DNA of 54,305 bases from Chitinophagaceae bacterium (GTDB taxonomy: Bacteria; Bacteroidota; Bacteroidia; Chitinophagales; Chitinophagaceae), in NCBI GenBank assembly GCA_044351575.1, contig JBILFN010000001.1, forward strand, positions 1 to 54,305. The letters are read 5' to 3'. Positions 38,081 to 47,936 of this stretch are shown piece after piece. How positions within the stretch are numbered: position 1 is the first letter of the stretch; every line of letters begins with the position of its first letter. The position numbers and the translations under genes were made by a program. The notes under the pieces were generated by a model that saw only the letters and a list, made by a program, of their open reading frames with translations, had not been told where the DNA came from and searched no databases.

Positions 38081-39505
38081 TTATTCAAAGTCTTTATATA
38101 GCAGGTACTTTTTTCGAGTAGCTTTGTAGTTGCTCAAGGCGGGCTCCCAGCTTTTTTTGATCTCCTCTTCGGAGAGTCCTTGACGTATCTGTTGCCACAA
38201 TTCATTGTTGCCCGCCAATTTATTAAAGAAAGAACCTTTCATGTCGCCCGATTTAGGAAGCAGAAAAAAACTATCCTTGTCCGGAAACAGGCGATAGGCC
38301 TCTATTAGCCATTTGAGTTGAATTTGCCCCTTGGTCTTGGCCAGTACCTCTTTGGGGGTACCGCTTACATCCCACCCATAGCAAAGTTTGCCGTAGTGCT
38401 TGGAGCTTTTGGCACCCGCATTGGGTTGTGGCGTAAATTTTACCAGGTTCTTCGGTAATGAAGGATGTCCAAATAGCATGAAGGGCTTGTCGGTTCCTCT
38501 GCCTTCGCTGAGCGCCGTCCCTTCGAAAAAACAGGTAGAAGGGTATAGGTACATGGTAGAGAGGTCAGGTATGTTGGGAGAAGGTTTGACAGGCGGCTCA
38601 TAGAGGGAGCTATGGGTGTAATTCTTGCAGCAGATCACGATTAGTGAGAAGCCACCCCGGTCTACTGCTTTTTTGTTGAAGTTCTCATCGTCACAGCTTT
38701 TTGACATCAGCTCTGTAGCTTCTTCTGTGGCAAGGGACAGGACCATGGGCGCTTCGACCAGTGTTGCACCTGCGACTAGTGCCGAAGTGTTTGCTTCGAT
38801 CTTTTCCTGACGGGGCTCTTCTTTTTTAGGTTCGTTGTTCTTTTGAATCCAACCCTCGCCCAGCAGCATTTTTGCATATTCTCCTATGGTCAGTCCGTAT
38901 ACGATGGGAATAGGTTGCATACCAATGAAAGAGCGGTATTGCAGATCGAGTACCGGACCATCCACATAAAAACCATTGGGGTTAGGGCGGTCCAGGACGA
39001 TCAATGGTTTATTGAATTCTTGGGCCGATTGCATGTAGGTTTCGAGCGAAGAGATGTACGTGTAAAATCGAACGCCCACATCTTGAATGTCAAACAGCAT
39101 CACATCGATCTCACTCAGGTCTTTTTCGTCGGGTCTGCGTTTTTGTCCGTATAGTGATACGACAGGGATTCCGGTCTTCTTGTCAACATAGTTGCTTACT
39201 TTTTCGCCGGCATCCGCATCGCCCCTGAATCCGTGCTCCGGTCCAAAGATCACCCGTATGTCTACTCCCAACTTCTGCAGGCTGTCTACCAGATGGGTTT
39301 TTCCGATCATCGAAGTTTGATTGGCAAAGATGGCCACCCTCTTTCCTTCGAGCAAGGGCAGATAGGCCTTTACCTGTTCCGCTCCGGGCAAAATGGGGGT
39401 CGGTTTGGCCGTGGCAGATTTGGGCGTTGGCGCTGGTGTTGTTTTTTGTGCCTGCACGGCAGAGGCCATACAAGCAAGAAGAGCGACGATCGACAAGATT
39501 CTCAT
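38081..39505 (-). CDS. DUF1343/NamZ-family exo-beta-N-acetylmuramidase-like secreted protein
   Basis: FGPEHGFRG, FDIQDVGVRFYTY, LDRPNPNG, PSPNIP, LSEGRGT; signal peptide from ATG 39505. Confidence 0.9.
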   Translation of the reverse strand: MRILSIVALLACMASAVQAQKTTPAPTPKSATAKPTPILPGAEQVKAYLPLLEGKRVAIFANQTSMIGKTHLVDSLQKLGVDIRVIFGPEHGFRGDADAGEKVSNYVDKKTGIPVVSLYGQKRRPDEKDLSEIDVMLFDIQDVGVRFYTYISSLETYMQSAQEFNKPLIVLDRPNPNGFYVDGPVLDLQYRSFIGMQPIPIVYGLTIGEYAKMLLGEGWIQKNNEPKKEEPRQEKIEANTSALVAGATLVEAPMVLSLATEEATELMSKSCDDENFNKKAVDRGGFSLIVICCKNYTHSSLYEPPVKPSPNIPDLSTMYLYPSTCFFEGTALSEGRGTDKPFMLFGHPSLPKNLVKFTPQPNAGAKSSKHYGKLCYGWDVSGTPKEVLAKTKGQIQLKWLIEAYRLFPDKDSFFLLPKSGDMKGSFFNKLAGNNELWQQIRQGLSEEEIKKSWEPALSNYKATRKKYLLYKDFE

Positions 39506-39617
39506 AAAATATTTTGAATTGGGTGGAGCTAAAATACGCAATCGCTCAGTGGTCAAAAAAAATAAATCCGGGGCTTTCTCATTATGGTTAAATTGCAGCA
39601 CAATTCAATAAAAAAAT

Positions 39618-40073
39618 ATGGCAACCGTAAAAAGTGGAGATAAGATAAAAGTACATTATCACGGAAAACTAGTGTCGGGCGAAACCTTCGATTCGTCGGC
39701 CGGTCGAGAGCCGCTGGCATTCGAAGTAGGCAGCGGTGCGGTCATCAAGGGCTTTGATGAAGGGGTCACCGGAATGGCCGTCGGAGAGAAAAAGACCATC
39801 CAGATCCCATTTTTGGAAGCATACGGCGCGCACAATGCCGAGATGGTCATCGAGATGCCCAAAGATCGTTTTCCTGCCGATATGGAAGTAACGATCGGAA
39901 TGCCGCTACACATGAGCGATGGGCAGGGCAGACAATTTCAGGTCACCGTTACAGAGATCAAGGATACCGCTGTGCTGCTCGACGCCAATCATCCGCTGGC
40001 CGGTAAAGATCTGATCTTCGATCTGGAGCTGGTAGCTATCGACGGTGCCAGTCCGCTGATTATTTTGCCCTAA
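39618..40073 (+). CDS. FKBP-type peptidyl-prolyl isomerase (SlyD-like, no His-rich tail)
   Basis: VHYHGKL..GETFDSS, VIKGFDEG, DANHPLAGKDLIF. Confidence 0.93.
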   Translation: MATVKSGDKIKVHYHGKLVSGETFDSSAGREPLAFEVGSGAVIKGFDEGVTGMAVGEKKTIQIPFLEAYGAHNAEMVIEMPKDRFPADMEVTIGMPLHMSDGQGRQFQVTVTEIKDTAVLLDANHPLAGKDLIFDLELVAIDGASPLIILP

Positions 40074-40085
40074 TTTTTTTACTCC

Positions 40086-41339
40086 ATGCTTAAGGGGTAT
40101 GCTCATACCGTTGAGCAGCGCTTTTTGCGCTACGTTCAACTTGACACGCAAAGCGATCCGGCTTCTGATTCTTTTCCCAGCACCCCGGGGCAGCGCCAGC
40201 TGGCCACGCTGTTGGCTCAGGAATTGCGCGACATGGGATTATCCGATGTGGAACTCGACGAGTGGGGCTATGTGTACGCTACCATCGAGGCCACGGTCAA
40301 TAAGCCCCTGCCCGTTATTTGTTTTTGTGCGCATGTCGATACGGCGCCCGACTGCAGCGGGGCGGGTGTAAAGCCTTTGGTTCACCGAAATTATCAGGGA
40401 AACGAAATCGTTTTGCCAGACGATCCTTCGCAGGTCATTAGCCAAGAGGCTCATCCTTACTTAAAGAATAACCATGGGCACGATATCATCACGGCCTCCG
40501 GTACTACTTTATTGGGGGCCGACGACAAGGCCGGGGTTGCCATTATCATGGACCTGGCCCACTACCTGGTAACTCATCCCGAGCTGCCGCACGGAAAGGT
40601 CCGCATTTTGTTTACCCCCGATGAGGAAATTGGAAAAGGAACGCAGCATGTCGATCTAAAAAAATTGGGTGCTGACGTTGGTTATACACTTGACGGAGGC
40701 GATGTTGGCAGTCTTGAAGATGAAAGTTTCTGCGCCGATGAGATCAATTTGATCATCCATGGGGTAATCGTTCATCCGGGCTATGCAAAAGATAAGATGG
40801 TCAATGCGCTCAAGATCGGAGCAGCTTTGCTGAATTCATTGCCGGCGCATACGCTGTCTCCCGAGACTACCTGCGGGCGTGATGGGTTTATTCATCCGGT
40901 CAGTGTCAGCGGTGGGGCCGAATCGTGCTCTTTAAATTTTTTATTGAGGGATTTTACGGTAGAGGGGTTGCATGAAAAAGAAACATTGCTACGGGCGTTA
41001 ACGCAAAGCGCAGTCGATCGCTACCCGGGGGCCCGTTTTGAGTGGATAAAAAAAGAGCAGTATCGAAATATGAAAGAGGTGCTCGACCAGCATCCCCACG
41101 TGGTAGCAATGGCCAAAGAGGCCATGGAGCGCATGGGTTTAACGGTAAAGCAAGAGAGCATCAGAGGGGGCACCGATGGCAGCCGTTTATCGGTAATGGG
41201 ATTGCCTTGCGCCAATATCTTTGCTGGGCAGCAACTGATCCACTCCCGGCGTGAGTTCGTATCGGTGCAAGACATGCAGATGGCCGTAGCCGTGTTGGTA
41301 ACGCTGCTTGGTATTTGCGAGCAGCAAACTAAGTTGTAA
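40086..41339 (+). CDS. pepT: peptidase T (tripeptide aminopeptidase)
   Basis: RFLRYVQLDTQSD, AHVDT, LLGADDKAG, FTPDEEIG, IRGGTDGSRLS. Confidence 0.95.
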   Translation: MLKGYAHTVEQRFLRYVQLDTQSDPASDSFPSTPGQRQLATLLAQELRDMGLSDVELDEWGYVYATIEATVNKPLPVICFCAHVDTAPDCSGAGVKPLVHRNYQGNEIVLPDDPSQVISQEAHPYLKNNHGHDIITASGTTLLGADDKAGVAIIMDLAHYLVTHPELPHGKVRILFTPDEEIGKGTQHVDLKKLGADVGYTLDGGDVGSLEDESFCADEINLIIHGVIVHPGYAKDKMVNALKIGAALLNSLPAHTLSPETTCGRDGFIHPVSVSGGAESCSLNFLLRDFTVEGLHEKETLLRALTQSAVDRYPGARFEWIKKEQYRNMKEVLDQHPHVVAMAKEAMERMGLTVKQESIRGGTDGSRLSVMGLPCANIFAGQQLIHSRREFVSVQDMQMAVAVLVTLLGICEQQTKL

Positions 41340-41357
41340 CTTGTAAAAAATTTTTAT

Positions 41358-42305
41358 ATGGATTTCTTTCGCTGGCTTGCTGAAAATTGGTATTTATTTC
41401 TGGTGCTTGGGTTTATTTTTTCGGGGCTATTCACCATCAATCAAGGCTACATAGGTGTCATTACCATGTTCGGCAAATACCGCCGTGTAGTAAGACCCGG
41501 TCTTAATTTTAAGATTCCTTTTTTAGAAAAGGTCTTTAAGCGGGTATCGGTACAAAATCGATCTGTGGAATTGGAGTTTCAGGCCGTTACGCAAGACCAG
41601 GCGAACGTCTATTTTAAAAGCATGCTATTGTATTCGGTTCAAAATGCGGACGAAGAGACAATAAAGAAGGTGGCTTTTAAGTTTATTACCGACAAAGATC
41701 TAATGCAAGCCTTGGTTCGTACCATCGAGGGAAACATTCGCTCGTTCGTGGCCACTAAAAAGCAGGCCGAGGTGCTCGGGCTTCGTCGCGAGATTGTACA
41801 GTATGTAAAGGTCGAGGTCGATCATTCGCTCGAGGAGTGGGGGTATCACCTCCAAGATCTTCAGATCAACGATATCACGTTCGATAAATTGATCTTGGAT
41901 TCCATGAGCAAAGTGGTTGCCTCCAATAACCTAAAGGCGGCTGCCGAGAATGAGGGGCAGGCATTGCTCATTACCAAGACCAAAGCGGCCGAGGCCGATG
42001 GAAATGCCATCAAGATCTCTGCCGAGGCAGAGAAAGAAGCGGCCCGCTTGCGCGGACAAGGCGTGGCATTGTTCCGTATGGAAGTGGCGGCCGGTATGAC
42101 CGAGGCTGCCGAGCAGATGAAGCAGGCTAACCTCGATACGAATGTGATCTTATTTAGTATGTGGACGGAGGCTATCAAGAATTTTGCCGAGTATGGCAAA
42201 GGCAATGTGATCTTTTTGGATGGAAGCGCCGATGGTATGGAAAAGACCATGAAGCAGATTCAGGCGCTGATGTTCAAATCGGCCGGCACTTCTGCCAAGG
42301 AGTAA
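41358..42305 (+). CDS. SPFH/band 7 domain membrane protein
   Basis: N-terminal TM segment, FGKY..VVRPGLNFKIPF, A/E-rich coiled-coil region. Confidence 0.9.
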   Translation: MDFFRWLAENWYLFLVLGFIFSGLFTINQGYIGVITMFGKYRRVVRPGLNFKIPFLEKVFKRVSVQNRSVELEFQAVTQDQANVYFKSMLLYSVQNADEETIKKVAFKFITDKDLMQALVRTIEGNIRSFVATKKQAEVLGLRREIVQYVKVEVDHSLEEWGYHLQDLQINDITFDKLILDSMSKVVASNNLKAAAENEGQALLITKTKAAEADGNAIKISAEAEKEAARLRGQGVALFRMEVAAGMTEAAEQMKQANLDTNVILFSMWTEAIKNFAEYGKGNVIFLDGSADGMEKTMKQIQALMFKSAGTSAKE

Positions 42306-42352
42306 CGGTAATTACCATCATTACAATCAACCCTGTATAAAGTAGAACGTAC

Positions 42353-43048
42353 ATGATCAATCTTCTTCAACTCACCGATACGGTCGCCACGGCCGCCAAG
42401 CGAGTGGCCGGCGATACCAACCAAGACGGATACCTAAGTTTATGGGAATTGCTCTCTACGGGTGGCTGGATCATGATCCCCCTGGGCATCATGTTGCTGG
42501 CTGTCGTGTATGTATTTGCCGAGCGCTATTTTGCCATTCGCGATGCCGCACGTATCGATGCCAATTTCATGAACATCATTCGGGATCATATTGTAACAGG
42601 CAATGTGGTGGCCGCCCGTAATGTTGCCAAGAATAGCAATAGTCCTGTTGCTCGTATTGTAGATAAGGGCATACAGCGAATAGGTAAGCCCATCGATGCC
42701 ATCGAAAAGAGCATGGACAATGTGGGTATACTTGAAATGTACAAGCTCGAGAAAAATCTGGCTGTGCTCTCTGTGATCTCCAAGGCCGCGCCCATCTTTG
42801 GATTTGTGGGAACCCTGGTGGGACTAATGCAATTATTCTCGAGCATTACTACTTCTAACGAATTTGAGGTGGCTACCATAGCCGGCGGTATCTACACCAA
42901 ACTTATTACTTCGATATCCGGATTGATCATCGGTCTGATCGCCTATCTGTTGTACAGCTACCTGATGACCCAGATCGATAAGACCGCTCATAAGATGGAG
43001 TCGGCAGCTGCAGATTTCTTGGATGTTCTTCAAGAGCCAACCCGATAA
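42353..43048 (+). CDS. exbB: MotA/TolQ/ExbB proton channel protein
   Basis: GGWIMIPL, APIFGFVGTLVGL, AGGIYTKLITS..GL. Confidence 0.9.
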   Translation: MINLLQLTDTVATAAKRVAGDTNQDGYLSLWELLSTGGWIMIPLGIMLLAVVYVFAERYFAIRDAARIDANFMNIIRDHIVTGNVVAARNVAKNSNSPVARIVDKGIQRIGKPIDAIEKSMDNVGILEMYKLEKNLAVLSVISKAAPIFGFVGTLVGLMQLFSSITTSNEFEVATIAGGIYTKLITSISGLIIGLIAYLLYSYLMTQIDKTAHKMESAAADFLDVLQEPTR

Positions 43049-43055
43049 TCCTGAC

Positions 43056-43454
43056 ATGAAATTCAGAAGAAAACATAGCGAACAGTCCGAGGTCTTTACT
43101 GACTCTCTTAATGATATCTTGTTTATACTGTTGATGTTCTTTTTGATCGTAGCCACGCTGGCCAATCCCAATGTGATCAGGGTGGGGTTACCAAAAGGGT
43201 CCAAGGATACCAAGGCAAAGCAGCATATTATGGTCTCTATCGATCGTAATCAACAGTTTTACCTGGGTACTACCGCGCTCTCCGCAGATCGATTCGAAGA
43301 GGCACTCACCAATGAGATACGACGCTTTAGAGGACTGGTCGACACCCCAACGGTTGTGATCAATGCCGATACCACTGCCTACTATGGGGAGGTGTATCAA
43401 ATTATGTTGCTGGCTAAAAAAGAAAAAGCCAAGGTAGTAGCCCGTATCGATTAG
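43056..43454 (+). CDS. exbD: ExbD/TolR biopolymer transport protein
   Basis: SLNDILFILLMFFLI TM helix with the conserved Asp; VVINAD; follows exbB. Confidence 0.9.
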   Translation: MKFRRKHSEQSEVFTDSLNDILFILLMFFLIVATLANPNVIRVGLPKGSKDTKAKQHIMVSIDRNQQFYLGTTALSADRFEEALTNEIRRFRGLVDTPTVVINADTTAYYGEVYQIMLLAKKEKAKVVARID

Positions 43455-43457
43455 CGG

Positions 43458-44309
43458 TCAGCGCCACGCTCGTAACATCCTCTCTTTCTCTTGCATGTCC
43501 TGCTTGATCATAACCTCGAAGTTCGCTTCTCTGAACATAGCGGCTATCTCTTGGGCATACGTAGCATTGAGCTCTGCAAAAAGTTGTCCTTCGGGCTTTA
43601 ATTTTTGTTCTGCTAGCAAGACTAGTTTTCTATAGAAGACTAGCGGGTCGGGCCCTGGTGCAAACAGGGCCAGGTGTGGCTCGTGGTCGAGTACGGTGGC
43701 ACTCATCGCTGTTTTTTCTGCTGCGCTTATGTAGGGCGGATTGCTTACGATGATATCGGCCGAAGGCAAGTGGCTCCAATCACCTTGGTCTAGCATGTCT
43801 GCCTGCAGCAGTTGAATGTCGATGCTCAATTGATGGGCATTGTGACGAGCCACGGCAAGTGCGTCGGGGTCTATGTCGGCTGCAGTTACCCGAGCCTTTC
43901 TTATTCGTCTTTTTAGGGCCAGCGCAATGCAACCACTACCTGTACCCATGTCTAGTATATCCAATGCGGAAACCGGAAACCGACAGTTGGTAATAATCCA
44001 TTCGACCAGCTCCTCTGTTTCGGGTCTTGGTATCAACACCCGTGGGTTGACCATCAGTTTTAATCCGCAAAACCACGCTTCGCCCAACACGTATTGCACC
44101 GGCTCTCCGGTCAATACCCGTTCTGATAGTTGCGAGAGTTGCTCGAGTTGAGCTGCAGAAAGCAGGTCTCGTTGCAGTTTGTAAAATTGATCGCGGTCTT
44201 GTTGTAACACATGCTCCAGAAGCAGTGCGGTAATGGCGTTAGCCTCTGCCGTATCGGTAAAAGTTAACAGTCGTTGTCTGTAAAAGCCAATTGCATCCGC
44301 AAGTGTCAT
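43458..44309 (-). CDS. prmC: release factor glutamine methyltransferase
   Basis: GEPVQYVLG, VLIPRPETEELV, LDMGTGSGCIA, IVSNPPY, EPHLALF. Confidence 0.96.
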   Translation of the reverse strand: MTLADAIGFYRQRLLTFTDTAEANAITALLLEHVLQQDRDQFYKLQRDLLSAAQLEQLSQLSERVLTGEPVQYVLGEAWFCGLKLMVNPRVLIPRPETEELVEWIITNCRFPVSALDILDMGTGSGCIALALKRRIRKARVTAADIDPDALAVARHNAHQLSIDIQLLQADMLDQGDWSHLPSADIIVSNPPYISAAEKTAMSATVLDHEPHLALFAPGPDPLVFYRKLVLLAEQKLKPEGQLFAELNATYAQEIAAMFREANFEVMIKQDMQEKERMLRAWR

Positions 44310-44319
44310 GCCGGCTAAG

Positions 44320-45210
44320 TTAGGGGCGAAACCGGCTGCTTACTACCAGTTCTTTACTGCCTGGCGTATACTGGTAGAATCCTTCTCCGGTCTTGATGCC
44401 CAGTTTTTTTTCTTGTACCAGCTGCTCCAGCAATTGCGCAGGGGCATATTTTTCTGTTTTGAATCCGTCGTGTAACACCTGCATAATAGAAAGACAGACA
44501 TCCAAACCAATTAGATCGGCCAATTGTAAAGGCCCCATGGGGTGTGCCATTCCCAGTTTCATGATCGTATCGATCTCCGTTACGCCGGCCACGCCTTCTT
44601 GCAGGCTGCAGATGGCTTCGTTGATCATGGGCATCAGGATACGATTGGCGATAAAGCCCGGAAAGTCATTGACCACACAGGGCACTTTTTGCAACTCTTT
44701 GCTGTACGAAACGATCTGCTCGGTAACGACCTTTTCGGTTTGAGGGGTCGTAATGATCTCTACCAGTTTCATTACTGGCACCGGGTTCATAAAATGCATG
44801 CCGATCACTTTTTCGGGTCGTTGGGTGGCCGCGGCGATTGTTTGTATGGGAATCGAAGAGGTATTAGTGGCCAAGACACAGTGGGCAGGTGCAGCGGCAT
44901 CAAGTGCTTTGAACAGCGCTAATTTTACTTCTTTATTTTCGGTGGCGGCCTCCACGACCAGTGTTGCCTCACGAACGCCCTCGGCCAGCGAAGTTTGCGT
45001 AGCTATGTTTTGCAAGGTATCGCTGACCTGCTGGGCCGTTAGCGTGCCCTTGGCCTGCATGCGTTCGAGATTTTTTTTGATCGTGGCAACGGCCTTTTCG
45101 AGTTGTTCGCTGTTTACGTCGATCAAGGTTACCTGCCAGTTATGCTGTGCAAACACATGGGCTATTCCATTTCCCATGGTACCGGCTCCGATCACTGCCA
45201 TCTGCTTCAT
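44320..45210 (-). CDS. 3-hydroxybutyryl-CoA / 3-hydroxyacyl-CoA dehydrogenase
   Basis: GAGTMGNGIA, ATNTSSI, GMHFMNPVP, PGFIANR, HPMGPLQLAD. Confidence 0.93.
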   Translation of the reverse strand: MKQMAVIGAGTMGNGIAHVFAQHNWQVTLIDVNSEQLEKAVATIKKNLERMQAKGTLTAQQVSDTLQNIATQTSLAEGVREATLVVEAATENKEVKLALFKALDAAAPAHCVLATNTSSIPIQTIAAATQRPEKVIGMHFMNPVPVMKLVEIITTPQTEKVVTEQIVSYSKELQKVPCVVNDFPGFIANRILMPMINEAICSLQEGVAGVTEIDTIMKLGMAHPMGPLQLADLIGLDVCLSIMQVLHDGFKTEKYAPAQLLEQLVQEKKLGIKTGEGFYQYTPGSKELVVSSRFRP

Positions 45211-45221
45211 AAAAACAACGA

Positions 45222-45863
45222 TTAGTTTTTCTTTTTAAAATCTCCTCTTTTCCACGATTCGATAAAGTCTGCCCAGGCGGCAGGATTAAAAATATTCATG
45301 GGAGGGGTTTGCCCTTGGTAAACGGCGCGATTGGCGATCTTGTTCATTTGCATGCGAGTGGCCTCGGCGCCATCTCCGGGAACGGTGCGCAATAAAAGTC
45401 TTCGGGTGGTGGCACTGGTATTTTTTCGGGCAATCTCGTATTGGTCGTCGGGCACCTGTACATTGACAAAGTCTCTGGCGAATTGCTCCGGTGTCGGACG
45501 GGGTTTAAGTACCGTGGCGGGTAAATAAACCGTATCGGCTACCAATAGTTGAACCATGCTATATTGATTACCGACCAGGTTGCGCGGAATAGAAACGGTC
45601 TTTCCCTGGTAGCTAACGTGCGAGAATTCTACTTGGTCTCCCTTGAGGACCACAATGGAGAAAACCCCCTGGTTGTTGGTGATGGTACCCCTGTTTTGAC
45701 CTTTTACCATAATGCTTACAGCCGGAATGCCCACGAGGCTATCGGCTGTCATTACTACTCCGAATAATTGAACTACTGAGTCGCGGGTGGTCTCAAATTG
45801 GGCTCTCCCCAGCGTGGGCAACAGCAACAAAAGGGCAAGCAAAAAAACAAGGGAGCTTCTCAC
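45222..45863 (-). CDS. secreted protein with a carboxypeptidase regulatory-like domain
   Basis: Signal peptide; GTITNNQGVFSI...FSHVSY pattern; GTG start. Confidence 0.75.
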   Translation of the reverse strand: MRSSLVFLLALLLLLPTLGRAQFETTRDSVVQLFGVVMTADSLVGIPAVSIMVKGQNRGTITNNQGVFSIVVLKGDQVEFSHVSYQGKTVSIPRNLVGNQYSMVQLLVADTVYLPATVLKPRPTPEQFARDFVNVQVPDDQYEIARKNTSATTRRLLLRTVPGDGAEATRMQMNKIANRAVYQGQTPPMNIFNPAAWADFIESWKRGDFKKKN

Positions 45864-45934
45864 CGGGCAAAATTAATTAGTCCGGGTCGAATTGCCCTAA
45901 CAAATTGCGCCAACAAATTGCCGGTTGCAATGTT

Positions 45935-45942
45935 TACTTTTG
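45935..45942 (+). promoter_or_regulatory. -7 promoter box (TACTTTTG) for the Mrp gene
   Basis: Exact TAnnTTTG in the divergent intergenic region. Confidence 0.6.
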
Positions 45943-45976
45943 CACTGCTATTAGCTTATTGTTAAAATTTTTTAAA

Positions 45977-47068
45977 ATGACCGAAGCGCAGATATTGGAT
46001 GCCTTACGAAATGTACAGGAGCCCGATCTGGGAAAAGACCTGGTAACGCTCAATATGGTCAGGGATATCGCTATTCATGGACAGCAGGTATCTTTTACGA
46101 TCGTTCTGACCACGCCGGCCTGTCCCATGAAAGAAATGATGCAAAACGCATGCATCAATGCCATTCGACTACTGGTCAACAAAGAAGCGCAGGTGCAAGT
46201 TAATTTTACGGCACAGACCACCACCAAGCGGGCAGACGGGTTATCGGTCTTACCACAGGTAAAAAATATTATTGCGGTAGTAAGTGGCAAAGGCGGAGTG
46301 GGTAAGTCGACCGTTGCGGCCAATCTGGCCCTGGCCCTTGCGCAGGGTGGTGCCAGCGTGGGATTGATGGATGCCGATATCTATGGCCCCAGCGTACCTA
46401 TCATGTTCGGGGTGCGTGGCGAGCGTCCGTTAATGAAGGAGGTGAACGGCAAAGGCATGATCGTACCCCTGGAGCGGTTTGGTATCAAACTGATGAGTAT
46501 TGGTTTATTGGTCGATGAGAAGAATGCGGTGGTATGGAGAGGCCCCATGGCCAGTAGTGCGGTCAAGCAGTTTGCCACCGATGTTTGCTGGGACGCGCTC
46601 GATTATTTGGTAATCGATATGCCGCCGGGCACAGGGGATATTCACCTGACCTTGCTGCAAACAGTTCCTGTAACGGGTGCTGTAATTGTAACTACGCCTC
46701 AAGAGGTGGCACTGGCCGATGCCAAAAAGGGAATTGCCATGTTCGGGCAGGCACAACTCAAGATCCCCATTATTGGGCTGGTAGAGAACATGAGTTACTT
46801 TACTCCTGCCGAACTACCTGCCAATAAATACTACCTTTTTGGAAAGCAAGGCGGTAGAAGGCTGGCCGACGAGTACGATCTTCCGTTCTTAGGAGAGATA
46901 CCCCTGGTCCAATCGATCCGTGAGGGAGGAGACCAGGGAATTCCGGTCATGATGAGCGACGACGCGGTCTCAAAAAAGGCATTCGAGCAATTTGCCTCGT
47001 TGGTGGTCAGAAGCATCGCCATGGGCAATGCCCAGATCAAGACCGAACAGATCGCGGCTATGGTTTAA
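45977..47068 (+). CDS. Mrp/NBP35 (ApbC) Fe-S cluster carrier ATPase with an N-terminal DUF59-like domain
   Basis: EPDLGKDLV..TTPACP, SGKGGVGKST, DADIYGPS, WRGPM, DMPPGTGD, VENMS. Confidence 0.93.
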   Translation: MTEAQILDALRNVQEPDLGKDLVTLNMVRDIAIHGQQVSFTIVLTTPACPMKEMMQNACINAIRLLVNKEAQVQVNFTAQTTTKRADGLSVLPQVKNIIAVVSGKGGVGKSTVAANLALALAQGGASVGLMDADIYGPSVPIMFGVRGERPLMKEVNGKGMIVPLERFGIKLMSIGLLVDEKNAVVWRGPMASSAVKQFATDVCWDALDYLVIDMPPGTGDIHLTLLQTVPVTGAVIVTTPQEVALADAKKGIAMFGQAQLKIPIIGLVENMSYFTPAELPANKYYLFGKQGGRRLADEYDLPFLGEIPLVQSIREGGDQGIPVMMSDDAVSKKAFEQFASLVVRSIAMGNAQIKTEQIAAMV

Positions 47069-47101
47069 TGTTCTATCTTTCGGCTGTTTTATAGTAAACA
47101 T

Positions 47102-47920
47102 ATGAATCGTCAGGCGCTAATTGGGCAGATTTTAAAAAAGAGGTCCTATCTGTGTGTAGGGCTTGATAGTGATGTGGAGAAGCTTCCTGCGGGAATCGCT
47201 CGCGATGCCAGCGGGGTGCTGGCCTTCAACAAGGCGATCATTGATGTAACCCGACCCTTTTGTGTGGCGTACAAGATCAACACTGCATTCTACGAGTCGC
47301 TCGGTGCCGCAGGTTGGTCCGTTCTCGAGCAGACGGCTGCCTATATCGGTCACGAACACTTGCTCATCGCCGACGCGAAACGGGGCGATATCGGTAACAC
47401 GGCCGATCAGTATGCAAGGGCTTTTTTCAAGACCCTTTCTTTCGATGCTATTACGGTAGCGCCTTACATGGGAGCCGACAGTGTTACTCCTTTTTTGCAA
47501 TATCCCGACAAATGGGCCATTGTGTTGGGTTTGACCTCTAACCCTGGCGCAGCCGATTTCGAGTTGCAACCCTGCGGCGATCAATTGCTGTATCAGCAGG
47601 TAATGCAACGGGTAGCTTCTTGGGGTAGTCCCGAAAATCTGATGTTCGTTGTGGGTGCAACACAAGCCTCTGTAATGGCAACTATCCGAAGAGACTATCC
47701 CGATCATTTCTTTTTGGTGCCTGGTGTAGGGGCGCAGGGCGGTAGCCTCGAGGAGGTATCGCGTAATGCGCTGACCACCGATGCGGGCTTGTTGGTCAAC
47801 GTAAGTCGCGCCATTATTTTTGCCTCTGCCAATAGCGATTTTGCCGAAAAGGCCGAGGCGGAGGCACGTTTGTACCAGCAACAGATGGCTGCGCTGATGG
47901 GCCTTTTGCTACCTTTGTAA
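47102..47920 (+). CDS. pyrF: orotidine-5'-phosphate decarboxylase
   Basis: LCVGLD, AYKINTAFYE, DAKRGDIGNT, VVGAT, LVPGVGAQGG, NVSRAI. Confidence 0.96.
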   Translation: MNRQALIGQILKKRSYLCVGLDSDVEKLPAGIARDASGVLAFNKAIIDVTRPFCVAYKINTAFYESLGAAGWSVLEQTAAYIGHEHLLIADAKRGDIGNTADQYARAFFKTLSFDAITVAPYMGADSVTPFLQYPDKWAIVLGLTSNPGAADFELQPCGDQLLYQQVMQRVASWGSPENLMFVVGATQASVMATIRRDYPDHFFLVPGVGAQGGSLEEVSRNALTTDAGLLVNVSRAIIFASANSDFAEKAEAEARLYQQQMAALMGLLLPL

Positions 47921-47936
47921 TTCAAATCTTTCAGAT

